Below are positions 25,463 through 38,064 of a stretch of 64,000 nt of DNA, piece by piece (position 1 is the first letter of the stretch; every line of letters begins with the position of its first letter). Source of the DNA: Paraphysomonas bandaiensis (lineage: Eukaryota > Protista > Chrysophyceae). Under the pieces are notes generated by a model, which saw only the letters and a program-made list of their open reading frames with translations, was not told where the DNA came from and did not search any database. The stretch is from the NCBI GenBank assembly GCA_965644295.1, contig CBFFRP010000267.1, positions 16,338-80,337 of the forward strand, given 5' to 3'. The translations under genes were made by a program, and so were the position numbers.

Positions 25463-26287
25463 GTTAGTTTAAGAATTCAGATGTTAAAAACTGTAGTACA
25501 TGAATTAACGGCATAATAGGAATTATGTCAAAGAAACTGACTGAAATGCTTTGAATGCATACTGCCCGTCTCAGATCAGAAAATATTGATTGGTAGAGGA
25601 GAGAATATATATATTTATCGAATGACAATGAATGATAAGATATGTTTATTACAATTATCTACTAATTGATTATTGAGTGAGTTTTAAACACTTCCTAACG
25701 TCAAATTTAAAAACTTAATGTAATTCTAATTTACGATATAAATGATAATCATTTATTGCCCATTAAGCAAACTTTGCTTCATTGACATTATCAACCACTT
25801 ACTATCTAACTACATATCTAACCATGCTTATTTGTTCCTAACTTTTGCAGATGTTCCTACTAGACTAAAAATGGCGGTTGAGCCGTATTGAAATTTAGTA
25901 TAATCAAGTAAAATTCTTAACTTAGTAGGAATATCTAAAAAAAATGTAGACTCAGCTACCATTCTAACTTTAATATGGAATATTGACGTCGGCAAAATTG
26001 ACTAGGTGGGAACAAATGGCACTATAGTAGAAACATCGGTTAAATTTAGTAGGGACAAATATATTACCGAGGTGTCTACATAATTTTTGGTGCCACTAGG
26101 AAATTACACCTACTTGACTGGGTCCAATAATAGATCTCTACAAATATTAATCTAACTCCTACCATAAGTACGTACAACCTCCCAAACTACATTCTTTCTA
26201 CTCCACAATTACTTACTCTACTATATATAGAAAACAGAAAGCCTACTACAATACGCCCAGAATCGGTCATCCAATTCGATACGTACC

Positions 26288-27336
26288 TCATATCGGTGCT
26301 TCACAAGTGTCATTGAAAATATAGCCGTAAATTTTAGCCATATCCATTGCACGTCGTGTGAACTCTGGATCTAATGCACAGTAATCACTCCACTGCAGTG
26401 GTTCCACATGCTTTCTTCGATTCGTTTGTGAACCTAATTTCTTTTTAGCTGCATCGATGGCAATTCTAGATGGGATTGTGTTTGGAGGGAACTTAGCCAT
26501 GTGCATTATCAAAGGAATATCCAGCTCCTCCACACGTAAGAGAGGTATCGGAATGAAGTTAGACATGCGGTCAATACGACTATTCCAGGCTACCCACGTT
26601 TGTAGTGCCCATCTAACCAGTTCAGTGGTATTATCCTCCTCTATTCTAAAGTTAACGCCTTCTAGTCCTGACTTGATATTCTCATAGTGTCGGGTAAAGG
26701 AAGGATACTGAGTGGTGACAGAGGGAATGGCCGCTGTTCCATGCGCAATATGAGACAAAAGAGACTATTAGCATCACGTTTACTAGATAGTGCCAGGAAT
26801 AATATACATGAAATACTTTGTATATTACAGAATTACGCACGGTGCACCTGATAAAACAATTCATAACAAAAATTACCTATTGGGTTCCGGACCAAGTGAA
26901 ATATATGTCGAAATCGCCCTACTCTGCCTTTGCAGTGAAAGTGGATGCTTTGATTCTGACTGTTTATAGCCATCCTCCATGCCGACATGCCTGCTTTATC
27001 TCCACATTGGTTGTCATTCCCCACATAAAACCCAAGCAATTTGAACAATTCCGCCACATACGTTGTGCCGCTTCTAGGTGTACCAATAAAAAGCATGTTC
27101 CAAGACTCGCCATTGTAGGTATACCCACAGCAGTCTAAGGGATTACATATTAGATCAACAATTCCATACGGTTAGACTAGAGTTGTACCTGGTACCATAT
27201 AATTCGTCTCATACCATGCGTACTGACAATGTGACTCCCTCCAATAGCTATATTCGGGGTTACTATCACAGGAAAAAATAGACTGACCTGAAGAGACTAA
27301 CCCCGATAGCGTTAGGATATAAAATATTAGAATCAT
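26288..27336 (-). CDS. Secretory P-loop sulfotransferase-family protein, 3 exons
   Basis: Signal peptide MILIFYILTLSGLVSSG; 5'-PSB-like IGTPRSGTT; 3'-PB-like HLVRNPI|AAIPS after splicing. Introns at ~27135-27188 and ~26733-26876. Confidence 0.75.
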
Positions 27337-27401
27337 GTTGGTACACAGCTGGTAGAATGCTATCAGCAGACCATATGCAAAAGACATATGGTGTACTCCT
27401 C

Positions 27402-27560
27402 TACATACGTACATACATACATACATACATGCATACATACATACAGTACATACATACATACATACATACATACATACATACATACATACATACATACATA
27501 CATACATACATACATACATACATACATACATACATACATACATACACACCTACATACATA
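27402..27560. repeat. (CATA)n microsatellite in a divergent promoter region
   Basis: About 160 bp of ACAT repeats, ending ~120 bp upstream of the transporter ATG. Confidence 0.95.
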
Positions 27561-27680
27561 CTGCTGGACATCGTCTAAAGATTACGCATGCATGCTGGAG
27601 GGTTACTCATATCTGGTATATAGTAATAATATCCCCTCATAAAATATAAGGAGGAACACATCCTCCAATATAACCTCCAT

Positions 27681-29895
27681 ATGGCAACATCTCTCGCATG
27701 TGGGAGAGTATGGTCGAAGATGTTCCTTAAGAAACCTCGTTCAGTATGTTTAGCTGAAGAGAAAGAAGGAAAACTAGAAAGAAACTTATCATTAATAGAT
27801 CTATTAGCTATTGGGATAGGCGGGACAGTAGGAAGTGGTGTGTTTGTGCTTACAGGACTTATTGCACGTGATTATGCGGGCCCTGGTGTTGTATGGAGTT
27901 GGCTTATATCTGGTTTTGGATGTTGTTTTAGTGCCATGTCATATGCAGAGATGTCATGTCGTATTCCATCTGCTGGGTCATCGTATGCTTATGTATATCA
28001 TGCTCTCGGAGAACTACCTGCAGTGTTAGCAGCTTGGTGTCTCTGTTTGGAGTATGGAGTCAGGTAATACTCTATATGCAGTTGTTGCAGGAGATATTAA
28101 TATACATTCTTAGTGGGGCCGCAGTTGCCCGCAGCTGGGGTGAGAAAGTGGATAAGTGGACTGACATTATTGGTGTTCCTGTCTGGAAACCTCTGGATCC
28201 TGGTCTAGGGGTTAATGTGTTTGCCGCTGCTTTGCAAGCCGTCTGCGTCGGACTGCTTCTGGTGGGCGTTGAAATGGGAAAATTAACAGTAAACTTCTTC
28301 ACCATTCTTAAGATGCTCTTGGTTACGTTTATGATCGTTGCGGGTCTCTGCTTATTCAAGGCAGATAATGTTAGTAATTGGGCTCCAAAAGGGGCCAGCG
28401 GCATACTACGTGGCGCTACGTCAGCGTTCTTTGGCTACCTTGGGTATGACGAAGTTTGCTGCTTGGCCGCGGAGGCCAAGGACCCGCACGTCACTCTTCC
28501 ACGAGCGGTTTTTGGCACGATTTGCACGGTGTCCGTACTGTATGCGCTTGCTTCTCTTGCCCTTGTCGGAATGATGTACGTATTGTGTACCACCAAGTTA
28601 TAGTGGCTAATACTCTAGACAGGCCTTACGATGAGATCAGCCGAGATAGCGGATTTAGTGACGCATTCAAAGACAGGTAATTACATTTGCTTATTAATTC
28701 ATACGACGATACCGTTTCGTTGGATTTACACCACCTGAAAATAATGTATGTTTTGCATGTTTTGCTATATTCTCATTTCTGTTTTACAGGGATTGGTACT
28801 GGGCACAACACATTGTTGCTGCCGGGGAGATTGTTACCCTGCCTCTGGTTGTGCTTATTTCATTTCTCGCTCAGCCGCGGTTGCAATTTGCGATGGCTGA
28901 AGATGGACTTCTTCCATCGGTGAGTGATGGTGCTGCTATGTTTGCCTGCATGCATACAGTCCTGCCCGGTAATGTAAATGGCAGATATTTTCCGAGGTGG
29001 ACAAAGGTGGAAACCTTCGCAAAGGAATAATATTTAGTGGCGTGGTCTGTACACTAATTGCACGTATGAATATAGAATTAGTTGAGACGTAGATGATATG
29101 TTTTTCAGTTTTCATCCCATTCACATATCTTGACGACATGATATCTGCGGGGGTGCTTCTCTCATTCAACCTTACTAATAGGTCATATCTTTACTAACCC
29201 TGATATATTTGCTAATATTTTCCTGGTTTTAGTTCACTAATAGCTGTCAGGCGAGTGAATCTAAGCAATCCAGGCAGATGTAAGTCACTCCTTGTAGCCT
29301 ATAATGTCCTGGCGTTTGTCGGAGCTATGCTTCTTAACTACTGCGATTTGGGGTCTCCCGAAGTGGTCGCTCCTGGAGTGGTTGTATTCCTGGTAATATA
29401 TGTAGCGTATTCTATCGCCACGACTTGCCCAGAGGCTGATGATCCCTGGAAAGATATACAGTACAGGTATGAACTTTATGCGTATGCCACAACCATTTTA
29501 ATAATAGTTTGTTCGCTATTAGAGTGCCCTACATGCCTTTCTGTCCGCTTTTCGGAATATTCGTCAACTACTTTCTTGTGGCACAGCTGGTACCTCAAGT
29601 TCATATAATTATGCTGTAATTAATGTTTTCTATATTTTAGGCTTGGTGGGGTTTACTCATGATTTTCGGTTATTTTGCGATCGGTATAACCTTCTACCTC
29701 ATCTACGGAATACACAACAGCGTTGGGAACAAAAATGGTTGGGTTAGTTTGTTGAAGCGCAGTAGAGAGCATTTCTTTGAGGAGAATAATGGCGCAATGT
29801 CGTCACTAGAGGAGCAGCTGATTCGAAAATATCTTGTGAGTGAGGACATAGTTGATGACGATCACCATTATTCGACAACTCATGTGGATACATGA
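27681..29895 (+). CDS. Cationic amino acid transporter (APC superfamily, CAT/SLC7-like), ~9 exons
   Basis: LERNLSLIDLLAIGIGGTVGSGVFVLTG, YAEMSCRIPSAGSSYAY, FFGYLGYDEV, AEAKDP, QPRLQFAMAEDGLLP, DDMISAGVL, C-terminal RVPYMPF...YGIHNS. About 8 GT-AG introns. Confidence 0.93.
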
Positions 29896-30214
29896 TAGGG
29901 TGCATAATAGATATAATACACTTTGAGTGGTCCAGGTAGTATATATACGCATACACACGGTTACTGATGGATGTCATTCAAATTATTCGAGCGTTTACTA
30001 TTTCATGTTTGTACGTATTTCTAATTTTTAATATAAATAAGTAATTGTTGACATAATCCCTGTAGTTGTCAGTAGCTTGAGCCTTATCCATACTAACAAT
30101 TATTCCGAAAACTAGCTGGAAATACCTGGCACATGCTTAGCAATAATCGAAAATAATATACTGATGCTAGTATACCAACATGGTCAGAGAACTTAGGTAA
30201 TTATATTATTCAAC

Positions 30215-30400
30215 CTATTCAACCTATTCAACTGCTCCCACTCCCTAGCCGCATCTCTTGCAAGGTATGTGTGTGTCATTTATAGCTCCTTAAATATTTT
30301 AATTTCTCCTTCGGGGACATTGATGTTAAGCACATGGCGAGCACTATCAGGCCTGCAAGGAAACGCGGCCGGCCTCGTAATGCAGAAATGAAATGAAACC
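30215..30400 (+). mobile_element. MULE (Mutator-like) transposase C-terminal relic
   Basis: CSHSLAA (SWIM C-x-H end), a degenerate intron (GTATGT at ~30265), then GDIDVKHMASTIRPARKRGRPRNAEMK* (AT-hook-like). Confidence 0.5.
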
Positions 30401-30922
30401 TAACCACAGAAATGAAAATATTATTCGCTGACAGTGTCGGCTTTCTGATGCTCCTGATCACATCCTTGCTCATCCGAAGATTGTGGGGTTCGATATTCAA
30501 TGCCCATGAAATGAAGGTTGCTGTGGAGCTACACCGGACTTGGTCATCAGAAACATCCCAATATTCATTCGACTGTGACTACGTGACTACGAAATGTGAG
30601 GCATATAGCATTTAAATTTATGGCAACAGTATGCTCCCCGAATACCCACTCTACCAACAAGTCAACCTAATCATTGTAATGTTAAGCAATCCGATATATT
30701 CTTACCTGGCCCTGTAAAAATCTAACTATTTAATGACTAGGCTTTTACACCAATTTCGGTTTGACTAGGAAATTCAACCAATTTGACTAGTTTGAAAAAC
30801 TCGATAAAAATCTTGATACATATCTTCATTCCGCCTCGCGTGTGTAAATGTAATATATTGCTACTTGCTACCTTAATAATCTAACCACGAAGAGCACATT
30901 ATTATATATATATAATTATAAT

Positions 30923-32269
30923 TTAATTATCTTTTATGCTGTCATCCCACTTATAATTAACTTTAAAAGCTTCTCCACTCTCCATGTCACAGTACGCTTT
31001 TACTGAACTTCTAAATAAATGTAAGTGATTCACGTCTGTCGTGGGCCACACTTCTGGGGGCATAAGGGTCGAGATGTCAGCATTATCGGCACATGCATTA
31101 TCAATTGATGACGTTTTACCATGCTGCAGACTGGTGTCCACAAACGACTTCACATCATTCATTGAAACCTCGTGTGGCACCGGTACACCGCATAACCGCA
31201 GTTCTTTTACGATCCTTTTAGTCTCCACATCCGGTTGAGACATCATGAGTTTATGACTAGTGCGCACTCGACAAAGATCTTGTGATTGTTGTATTGCACG
31301 TTTATTGTATATGTACCACAACTTCATACCGCGAGCTATCGGGAAGTGTTCTGTCTCACGAGTATGCATAGATAATGCCACATCCATGGGGTTGCGATAA
31401 GTAAAAAGCACTGCTGGAAGAAAGTTCAACAGTGGCAACCACGTACGGAGTGTAATGCAGAGTCTTGGGTCCTTCAGCATCCATGGATAAGAAGAAGGGT
31501 TGTTCAAAAATTTTAAACTCCTCTCACCCTCTTTAAATAGCGTTCCGTCATCGTTGAGAATATCTTTCAGACCAGTCAAGGCATCATATCGATAGGTGTT
31601 GGCTGAATAGTGCACTTGTTGCCGACGCATTATATAGTCATTCTGTAACACGACATCAATGCGCTCAAAGAATCCTTTTGCGTTGTCTACATTTGGGCGG
31701 ATAAGTGGTCCACCTGTATTGAGGCCCATCTTACTCATGAGTCCACCAACAATAGATGTGCCTGATCGGTGCATACCGAGCACAATCACACCCGGCCGAC
31801 TGGCTTCCTTTTCCGCTGACACAACACTAGTAGTATGAACAGAGACAGGCGTGCTTCTTAGCTTCTCTATTTTGCTTTGTAAGGCCCGAATCTCTTCGTC
31901 TTTCTCTTCTATCCCATGCAAAGCCACATTCAGTTTACTGTTTTCGTTCTCCAGATCTTTTAAACGACTGACAGCATCTTTCTCTGATAATCCAGACTGC
32001 TCTAAAGAACTCTGTAAAGCACTAATTTGATCCTCAAGTGTTCTAATTATTTCAGTTTTTGCACTGGCATCTGATTTAAAGTTCAACAGTGCATAATTTT
32101 CTTGTTGCAAAACAGAGAGAGCGTTTTTTTCATCAGATCCTCTGAGTGTAACGGAATTAAAGGGGTTAACATATACATATATAACAATAGCAATATATAG
32201 CACGAATACAATAAAACAGCCGATCAATAATTTGGATGTTTTTAATGCAGTGTGATGTTTGGTTTTCAT
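30923..32269 (-). CDS. Type II membrane sulfotransferase-family protein (TM + coiled-coil stem + P-loop sulfotransferase domain), intronless
   Basis: TM LLIGCFIVFVLYIAIVIYVY; coiled coil; VLGMHRSGTS, NAKGFFE, KDPRLC, YRNPMDVALS. Confidence 0.88.
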   Translation of the reverse strand: MKTKHHTALKTSKLLIGCFIVFVLYIAIVIYVYVNPFNSVTLRGSDEKNALSVLQQENYALLNFKSDASAKTEIIRTLEDQISALQSSLEQSGLSEKDAVSRLKDLENENSKLNVALHGIEEKDEEIRALQSKIEKLRSTPVSVHTTSVVSAEKEASRPGVIVLGMHRSGTSIVGGLMSKMGLNTGGPLIRPNVDNAKGFFERIDVVLQNDYIMRRQQVHYSANTYRYDALTGLKDILNDDGTLFKEGERSLKFLNNPSSYPWMLKDPRLCITLRTWLPLLNFLPAVLFTYRNPMDVALSMHTRETEHFPIARGMKLWYIYNKRAIQQSQDLCRVRTSHKLMMSQPDVETKRIVKELRLCGVPVPHEVSMNDVKSFVDTSLQHGKTSSIDNACADNADISTLMPPEVWPTTDVNHLHLFRSSVKAYCDMESGEAFKVNYKWDDSIKDN

Positions 32270-33022
32270 GTTGGGTTATATATATATGTATGTATGTATA
32301 TATGTGTATAGAGCAATCAAATAATGCAGCTATGTATAGGATGGTGGTGGATGTGATAGAAATAATGGATTCTAAATGGCAATGGGTGTAAGATAGTACC
32401 ATGTCTAGATGTCCAGCTGGCAGTGCATCGCTCCTCTTGTATCTGTGAGGCACATAGCAGTCAGTTTATATACATACCTATACTGCTGTACAATACATAC
32501 TCCTGTGTATATAATACACTGCTGTATATGTAGTGTATTATACGTCGTACTGTATTGTAGTATCGTTATACAAGCTGTAATACCATTGTACAATCTATAC
32601 CAGCCAATTGTACCCGAAATCTGTTAGATTTTCTAAAAATCTTCTATTTCTGAGAAAATAATGGGGTTTTTGCCAACAAGAAAATACATCAAAATACAAT
32701 GTATACTCCATGTATACCAAACAATTAGTATCCAATCAAAATAAAAATCAATGAAATAATTGAATAGAAATTTCTTTCTACAAACTCTTTTTCATTCTAG
32801 CAGTTTCTTGTTCTTTCTTGTGATGGATGTGAATGAGCATCATGTTGGTATGTATGTATATGTATACCATGTACATACATACATACATACATATACAATA
32901 TACATACATCCACCATAATATTATCAGCAATCAATACACATACACACCATACTATAATATCCATACAATAGTATAGTTATATACACTATATTACTATCTC
33001 GTACCTTCTAAATTCATCACTT

Positions 33023-34621
33023 ATGGATAATGCAGTATTGCTAGGTGGAAGATATGCACTGGGTCATAAATTGGGTGCAGGAATGCAAGCAGAAGTCCGT
33101 GCTGCTCGTGATACTGCATCCAATACAGCTGTAGCCCTTAAACTAATTGATAAATCTAATATTCGTACAAAGGCATTGGTTGCATTAGAACGAGAGGTAT
33201 GTGATTATATTAATACATGACTGTATTATGATATGTATATGTATGTATGTATTAGGTTAATATTATGAAGACTCTCGTACACCCCAATATACTCGCCCTT
33301 AAAGGGTTTGACTCAGATATTACATATGATTCCAAACCTGTTGCAGTTTTGGTTCTTGAGATTGCTGATGGAGGAGAATTGTTTGATTATCTTATGTATT
33401 CGGGATACTTTGAGGAAGTAGTAGCGCGTACTTACATGCACCAGCTGGTAGGGGCCCTTCGGTGCTGTCATGAGCACAATATCTTTCATCGTGACATCAA
33501 GTGAGTGTATTATATGTGTGAGATTATTATATTAGTAATTTGTTTGCAGGCCGGAGAATATCCTCTTAGACTCTCACTTCCAACTGAAGTTGGCTGACTT
33601 CGGTCTATCCAATATCACTGAAGACACCGAAAGCATCTTAGAGACTGAGTGCGGCACTAAGTCATATATGGCCCCAGAGATATTTCAGCATGCGGGATAT
33701 CAGGGAGGAGCTGTTGATGTCTGGTCTGCTGGAGTGGTACTTTTCATTATGCTTTGCGGATCCCCTCCATTCGATATAGCTAACAGACGGGATTGGTGGT
33801 TCAATGCGATATCGGTGCGTTGCCAAATATTTCTACATTTCATTATCTGAAAACTTTATTTTATTTTGAAACAGATGAATCGATACGATCGATTTTGGGC
33901 GGCACATCTTCGCGGGGCGGGTCACATGCGGGATAAGAGGATCGCTCAGGACTTTGTGAATCGCATCTTTGTTCCTGACCCAAACAAGCGCCTCACACTT
34001 GAAGCGATGGACTCCCATGAGTGGTTTTGCCAGGATACCCTGGACCACCGTAGACTGAGCAATATGATGAGCGATCGAAAGAGGAAGATTGAGGACGCCA
34101 AGGCGGCGGAGAGAGCTGCAGCCAGGAAAACGAACACTCGCGGCGGGGCTGTGGATGTGTTCGAGCGCAACACTCATCGCAGTGTTGGAGCTCCCCCACC
34201 TATCTATGATCCCACTTCTCCAAGTGCTAATCTCATGACGGAGTTCTACACCCCGGTGTCTGAGGAAGATATACTGGTAAGACTTACTCGTGAGATTGTT
34301 GGGCTAGATCCAGCCGCGCAGGTTGAGGCTTCACCCGGGTCATATTCCGTCAAGGCCACTGTGCGTTTACCTGGTGAGTCATTCGAGATGGATGGGGAAG
34401 TCATCTCCACTCCAGGGGCAGCAGTGAATATTGCTGCCAATGTGTATCAGGCAGATGCATCCTCTAGCGATGTTTACCTTGTTTCCGTTCATCGCGGAGG
34501 TGGGGAGCCATTTGCTTTCAAGAAACTCTTTCAAGCTTTGAAAGGCAAGATGGCACCAGACCCCGAAGATGGAGCGGGTGGAGAAGAAGAGGAGTTCAGT
34601 GAGGATATCGGCATGATCTAA
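33023..34621 (+). CDS. CAMK-group Ser/Thr kinase (SNF1/MARK/CIPK-like) with KA1-like C-terminal domain, 4 exons
   Basis: VALK, GGELFDY, HRDIK|PEN, ADFG, CGTKSYMAPE, DVWSAGV; C-terminal LVSVHRGGGEPFAFKKLF. Introns ~33197-33256, 33501-33549, 33814-33874. Confidence 0.92.
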
Positions 34622-35476
34622 ATGATGTTATCATAAATTGAGATATCACGTAGTGCTGTCAGCATCTGGGGCATAGTATTACAGTAGTTACGGGAGTATA
34701 TCGAAATCTTTTACAGAATTAATATTCACACACTTGAAGTTGAAGCTACGTCACCATCCTAATTAATAAGTTGTTTCATATTGTCTTTTACTTACGACAG
34801 CGCAAAACATGTGCTTATTTATACCCTCTGTCAACGATCTATCGAGAGAAAGATATTGCTACTTTGAGCAATGACACACTTATGAAGATCCATCTTAATA
34901 TACGATAGTATATGTGAATTGTGAATTATATTGGTCAATAAGATATATCACAAACTGAATTAATGGTACTATCTGTTGAAGATTCATGATCGCCATTATA
35001 ACGATCTGAATTGTCAGTTACATTTCTAACTATTCCGTTGTACGTGATAGTTATGTTCACCGTACTTCGTACTTAAAGAATACATAATACAGTTTTCCAT
35101 AAAAGGAGGTAGAATGACTATCTCTATGCAATTGTGTCTATTTTAGATACACACAGGCCGCAGGTAGAGATAAGTTTTTCATATATTCTGTATTATGTCT
35201 CTTCATTAGTATCGTAATAATATAATGAATAACATAGCAAGTTAGTGGAACTTGACGTAGTTCTCTCTGATATATTTCTTGTACAGACTGAAAACAAGAA
35301 TATTATACTAATTTCTCTACTAGCGTATACAGCCTTAACAATAAATAACTCTTTCATCATATGAATGTAGTGAGCAACAACAGTTATTAACTTCATAGAT
35401 CCTCATAAAGCATACGCACTTAAGTATCATACATTCACTATCACATAGTACAGTGCCTGTTATGGCACCCGTAATT

Positions 35477-36998
35477 TTATTTCGCAGGGCTCTTCAACGC
35501 CCTAAGCTGCTCGCCTTTTTTGTGCAGTCGTTGAATGACAGACACCAGCTCACGAGACCTCTCCTCAGTGTTACCAGTAGGTGAAGAAGACAGTATTTGC
35601 TGGTATTGCGCATTCAGGGCCTGGAACTCTTCCTCCAAGGCATCGATAACGGACTGGAGTTCGTTAGCTCCCTTTCCATGGCTATCAGTGGGAGAGGGAG
35701 TGACGTCTGATTGAGTCTGCTGCATATCTGCTGACGACAAGTTATACTTCTTTTCAAAGAGATCCAAGTCAAGAGAACTCGGATGCTCAACATCACCACC
35801 CAGACTGCTCACAGAACGCCCCTCTAGCTTTCTCCCCTTGATACGTGTGGTTTTCTTTCCAGCAGACGATGGGCGGGAGGCGTTCTTGACCTTACCCATG
35901 TTTTTACCAGTAATACTACTTGCAATCGACACATACATATCATGCATACTTTGAAGCCTTTCGGCAGTCTGCGCATTTTCCGAGGCCACGGAGGCATTAC
36001 GTCGTAGCTCTATGGACCGGGATCGCCGTAACTCCTCAGCAGCAGCAGCTTTCGCATCTGTTGATGCTGTACCTAGAGTGGCAGCACGAGGAACAACATT
36101 CCGAGTTCGAGATGTTGTTTTTTTCTTCTTTTTGGTGGCTGTGGTAGTGGATGCTGATGCTGATTTCGTTGTCTTTTTCCCTCTGGTAGTCATCTGATTA
36201 GATAGTTGAGACACCAAAGATTCGTTGACGGAAAGAAGCTGGCCAACCAAGTGGTCGAGTTCAACAAGCTTGGCCTCCTTTTCCACTCTCAATATAGATG
36301 AATCTGACATCTCATGGCTCAAAGAGTCCATTTTAACTTTCAACTTGTGCATTTCTTCCTCGTGTCTTTTGCTTTCCCACAACATTGCAGTAGATAGGTC
36401 TGTGACGTAATTTGCAGTGAGCACTAACAATTCGATAACTAACTATATCATTACCTTTTTCTTTTTGGTGAGCTTGCTGCAGTTTAACTTCCAGCTGAGA
36501 TATTTGATCCTCTAACTCAGATAATTTATCATCATTTCCCTTCTTAGAGGATTCTAATTGACTTATTTCTGCTGACAACTCATGAACCTCGTCTTGAAGG
36601 TGTTCATTCTTTCTCTCAAGTTGCTGAATCTTTGTCTCCATTTCAGTTTTTTCTCCAAGAACTTTTTCATATTGGAGTCGAGCTTCTTGAAGATTCTTCT
36701 GACTATGAAGTGCATCTCTCTCTTTAGCATGACCAGCTTCAATCTCTTGTGCTTTTAACTGACTCCTTAAATGAGCCGCGTCATCAAGTGCTTGTGTTTT
36801 TTCAATTTCAAGTCGTCTGATTTTATCTTGAAGGGCTCGAAGTGCTGCAAGAACAGATTTTGAACTAGATGCAGTTGTATGAATAGAAGATGCTCCGGAT
36901 ACAGCACTATTAAATGATTTATTAAGTGGACTGCCTGGATGCCCTTTATCTCCTCCATCAAACTCAATTGAATGCCCAGACTCATCGTATCGGAGCAT
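35477..36998 (-). CDS. CEP57: Centrosomal protein CEP57-like, 2 exons
   Basis: N-terminal KSVLAALRALQDKIRRLEIEK (Cep57 centrosome-localisation domain) and C-terminal ELQSVIDALEEEFQAL...ELVSVIQRLHKKGEQLRALK (Cep57 microtubule-binding domain). Intron ~36400-36454. Confidence 0.82.
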
Positions 36999-37925
36999 TG
37001 ATAAGATCAAGTATGAATGTTATCAATGAAGAGTAATATGTATGTCTTGGTGTTATATCTAGATGAGTGATTGAGATGGTAGTCAAGTTACAAGCAAGTG
37101 TTTCTGTTAGCTTAATAATCCATCAATCTAACTGTATATAACTCTGGATGTATGTGTATGTATAGATGTATGGATTGTATCTACAGTAGTATGTATGTAT
37201 GTGTATATGTATGGAAGGAAATGTTAACGATTCGATTTTTTTTAATTGAAATTAACGGTTTTTTTGATATACCTACACAGCAACCATTTGACGATAGAAA
37301 AAAAAGCAACTCAATTCAGCGAATCAATATCTGCTGCTGATGAGTATAATATATGAGCTGTGATAACCTCGGTGTGTGTGAGAAGTTAAGGATGTCTGCA
37401 TGCTATAGAAAATGATATAGTTCAAGGAAATTCCTAGTGGACTCTTACTTGATCACAAGTAAAATAGGAGAGTGGACAATATATTACAGTGAACATAGTA
37501 TACTTATCCTTGAGCTACGACGAAACAAGTGAAAAACCACACTACAAGATCCCATTCCATTGTTTTTTCCCCAATATTTCGTAAAAAAATCAATTAATTT
37601 TTTAATCTAATATCTAAAAAAACACCAAAAATCTATACACTACTTTGGACATACTACATGGAGGTATGGATAGATACGTATCATCCTATACTACATACGT
37701 ATTCCAGGTAGTATCCACTAGTCCTATCGAAGTCGTATAGAAAGTGTAGGAACCGAATCTTGTGCTTTTTTTTTTATTGCATAAATATACGTATCGTTCG
37801 ATACATACGACCTCTCTCAGTATATATATGCATCTCTCTGTATATATGCATATATGTGTTCTCTTATTAAGGAATAAGCTGCATATAGCTGCTATTACTA
37901 TTTAATAAACAATATTGATATACCA

Positions 37926-38029
37926 ATGGAATTTTTTGGACTTACTGGAGCAGCTGAATTGAATACACCAGCCGGCCAGATTGTTAAATCTGGAACAGAT
38001 GCTCTCCTATTGGTTAGTTAGACACACAC

Positions 38030-38064
<35 letters not shown>

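Noticed and set aside
30698-30860. U1 snRNA (TTCTTACCTGG resembles the U1 5' end)
   Set aside because: No loop I or loop II (ATTGCAC) motifs and no Sm site follow.
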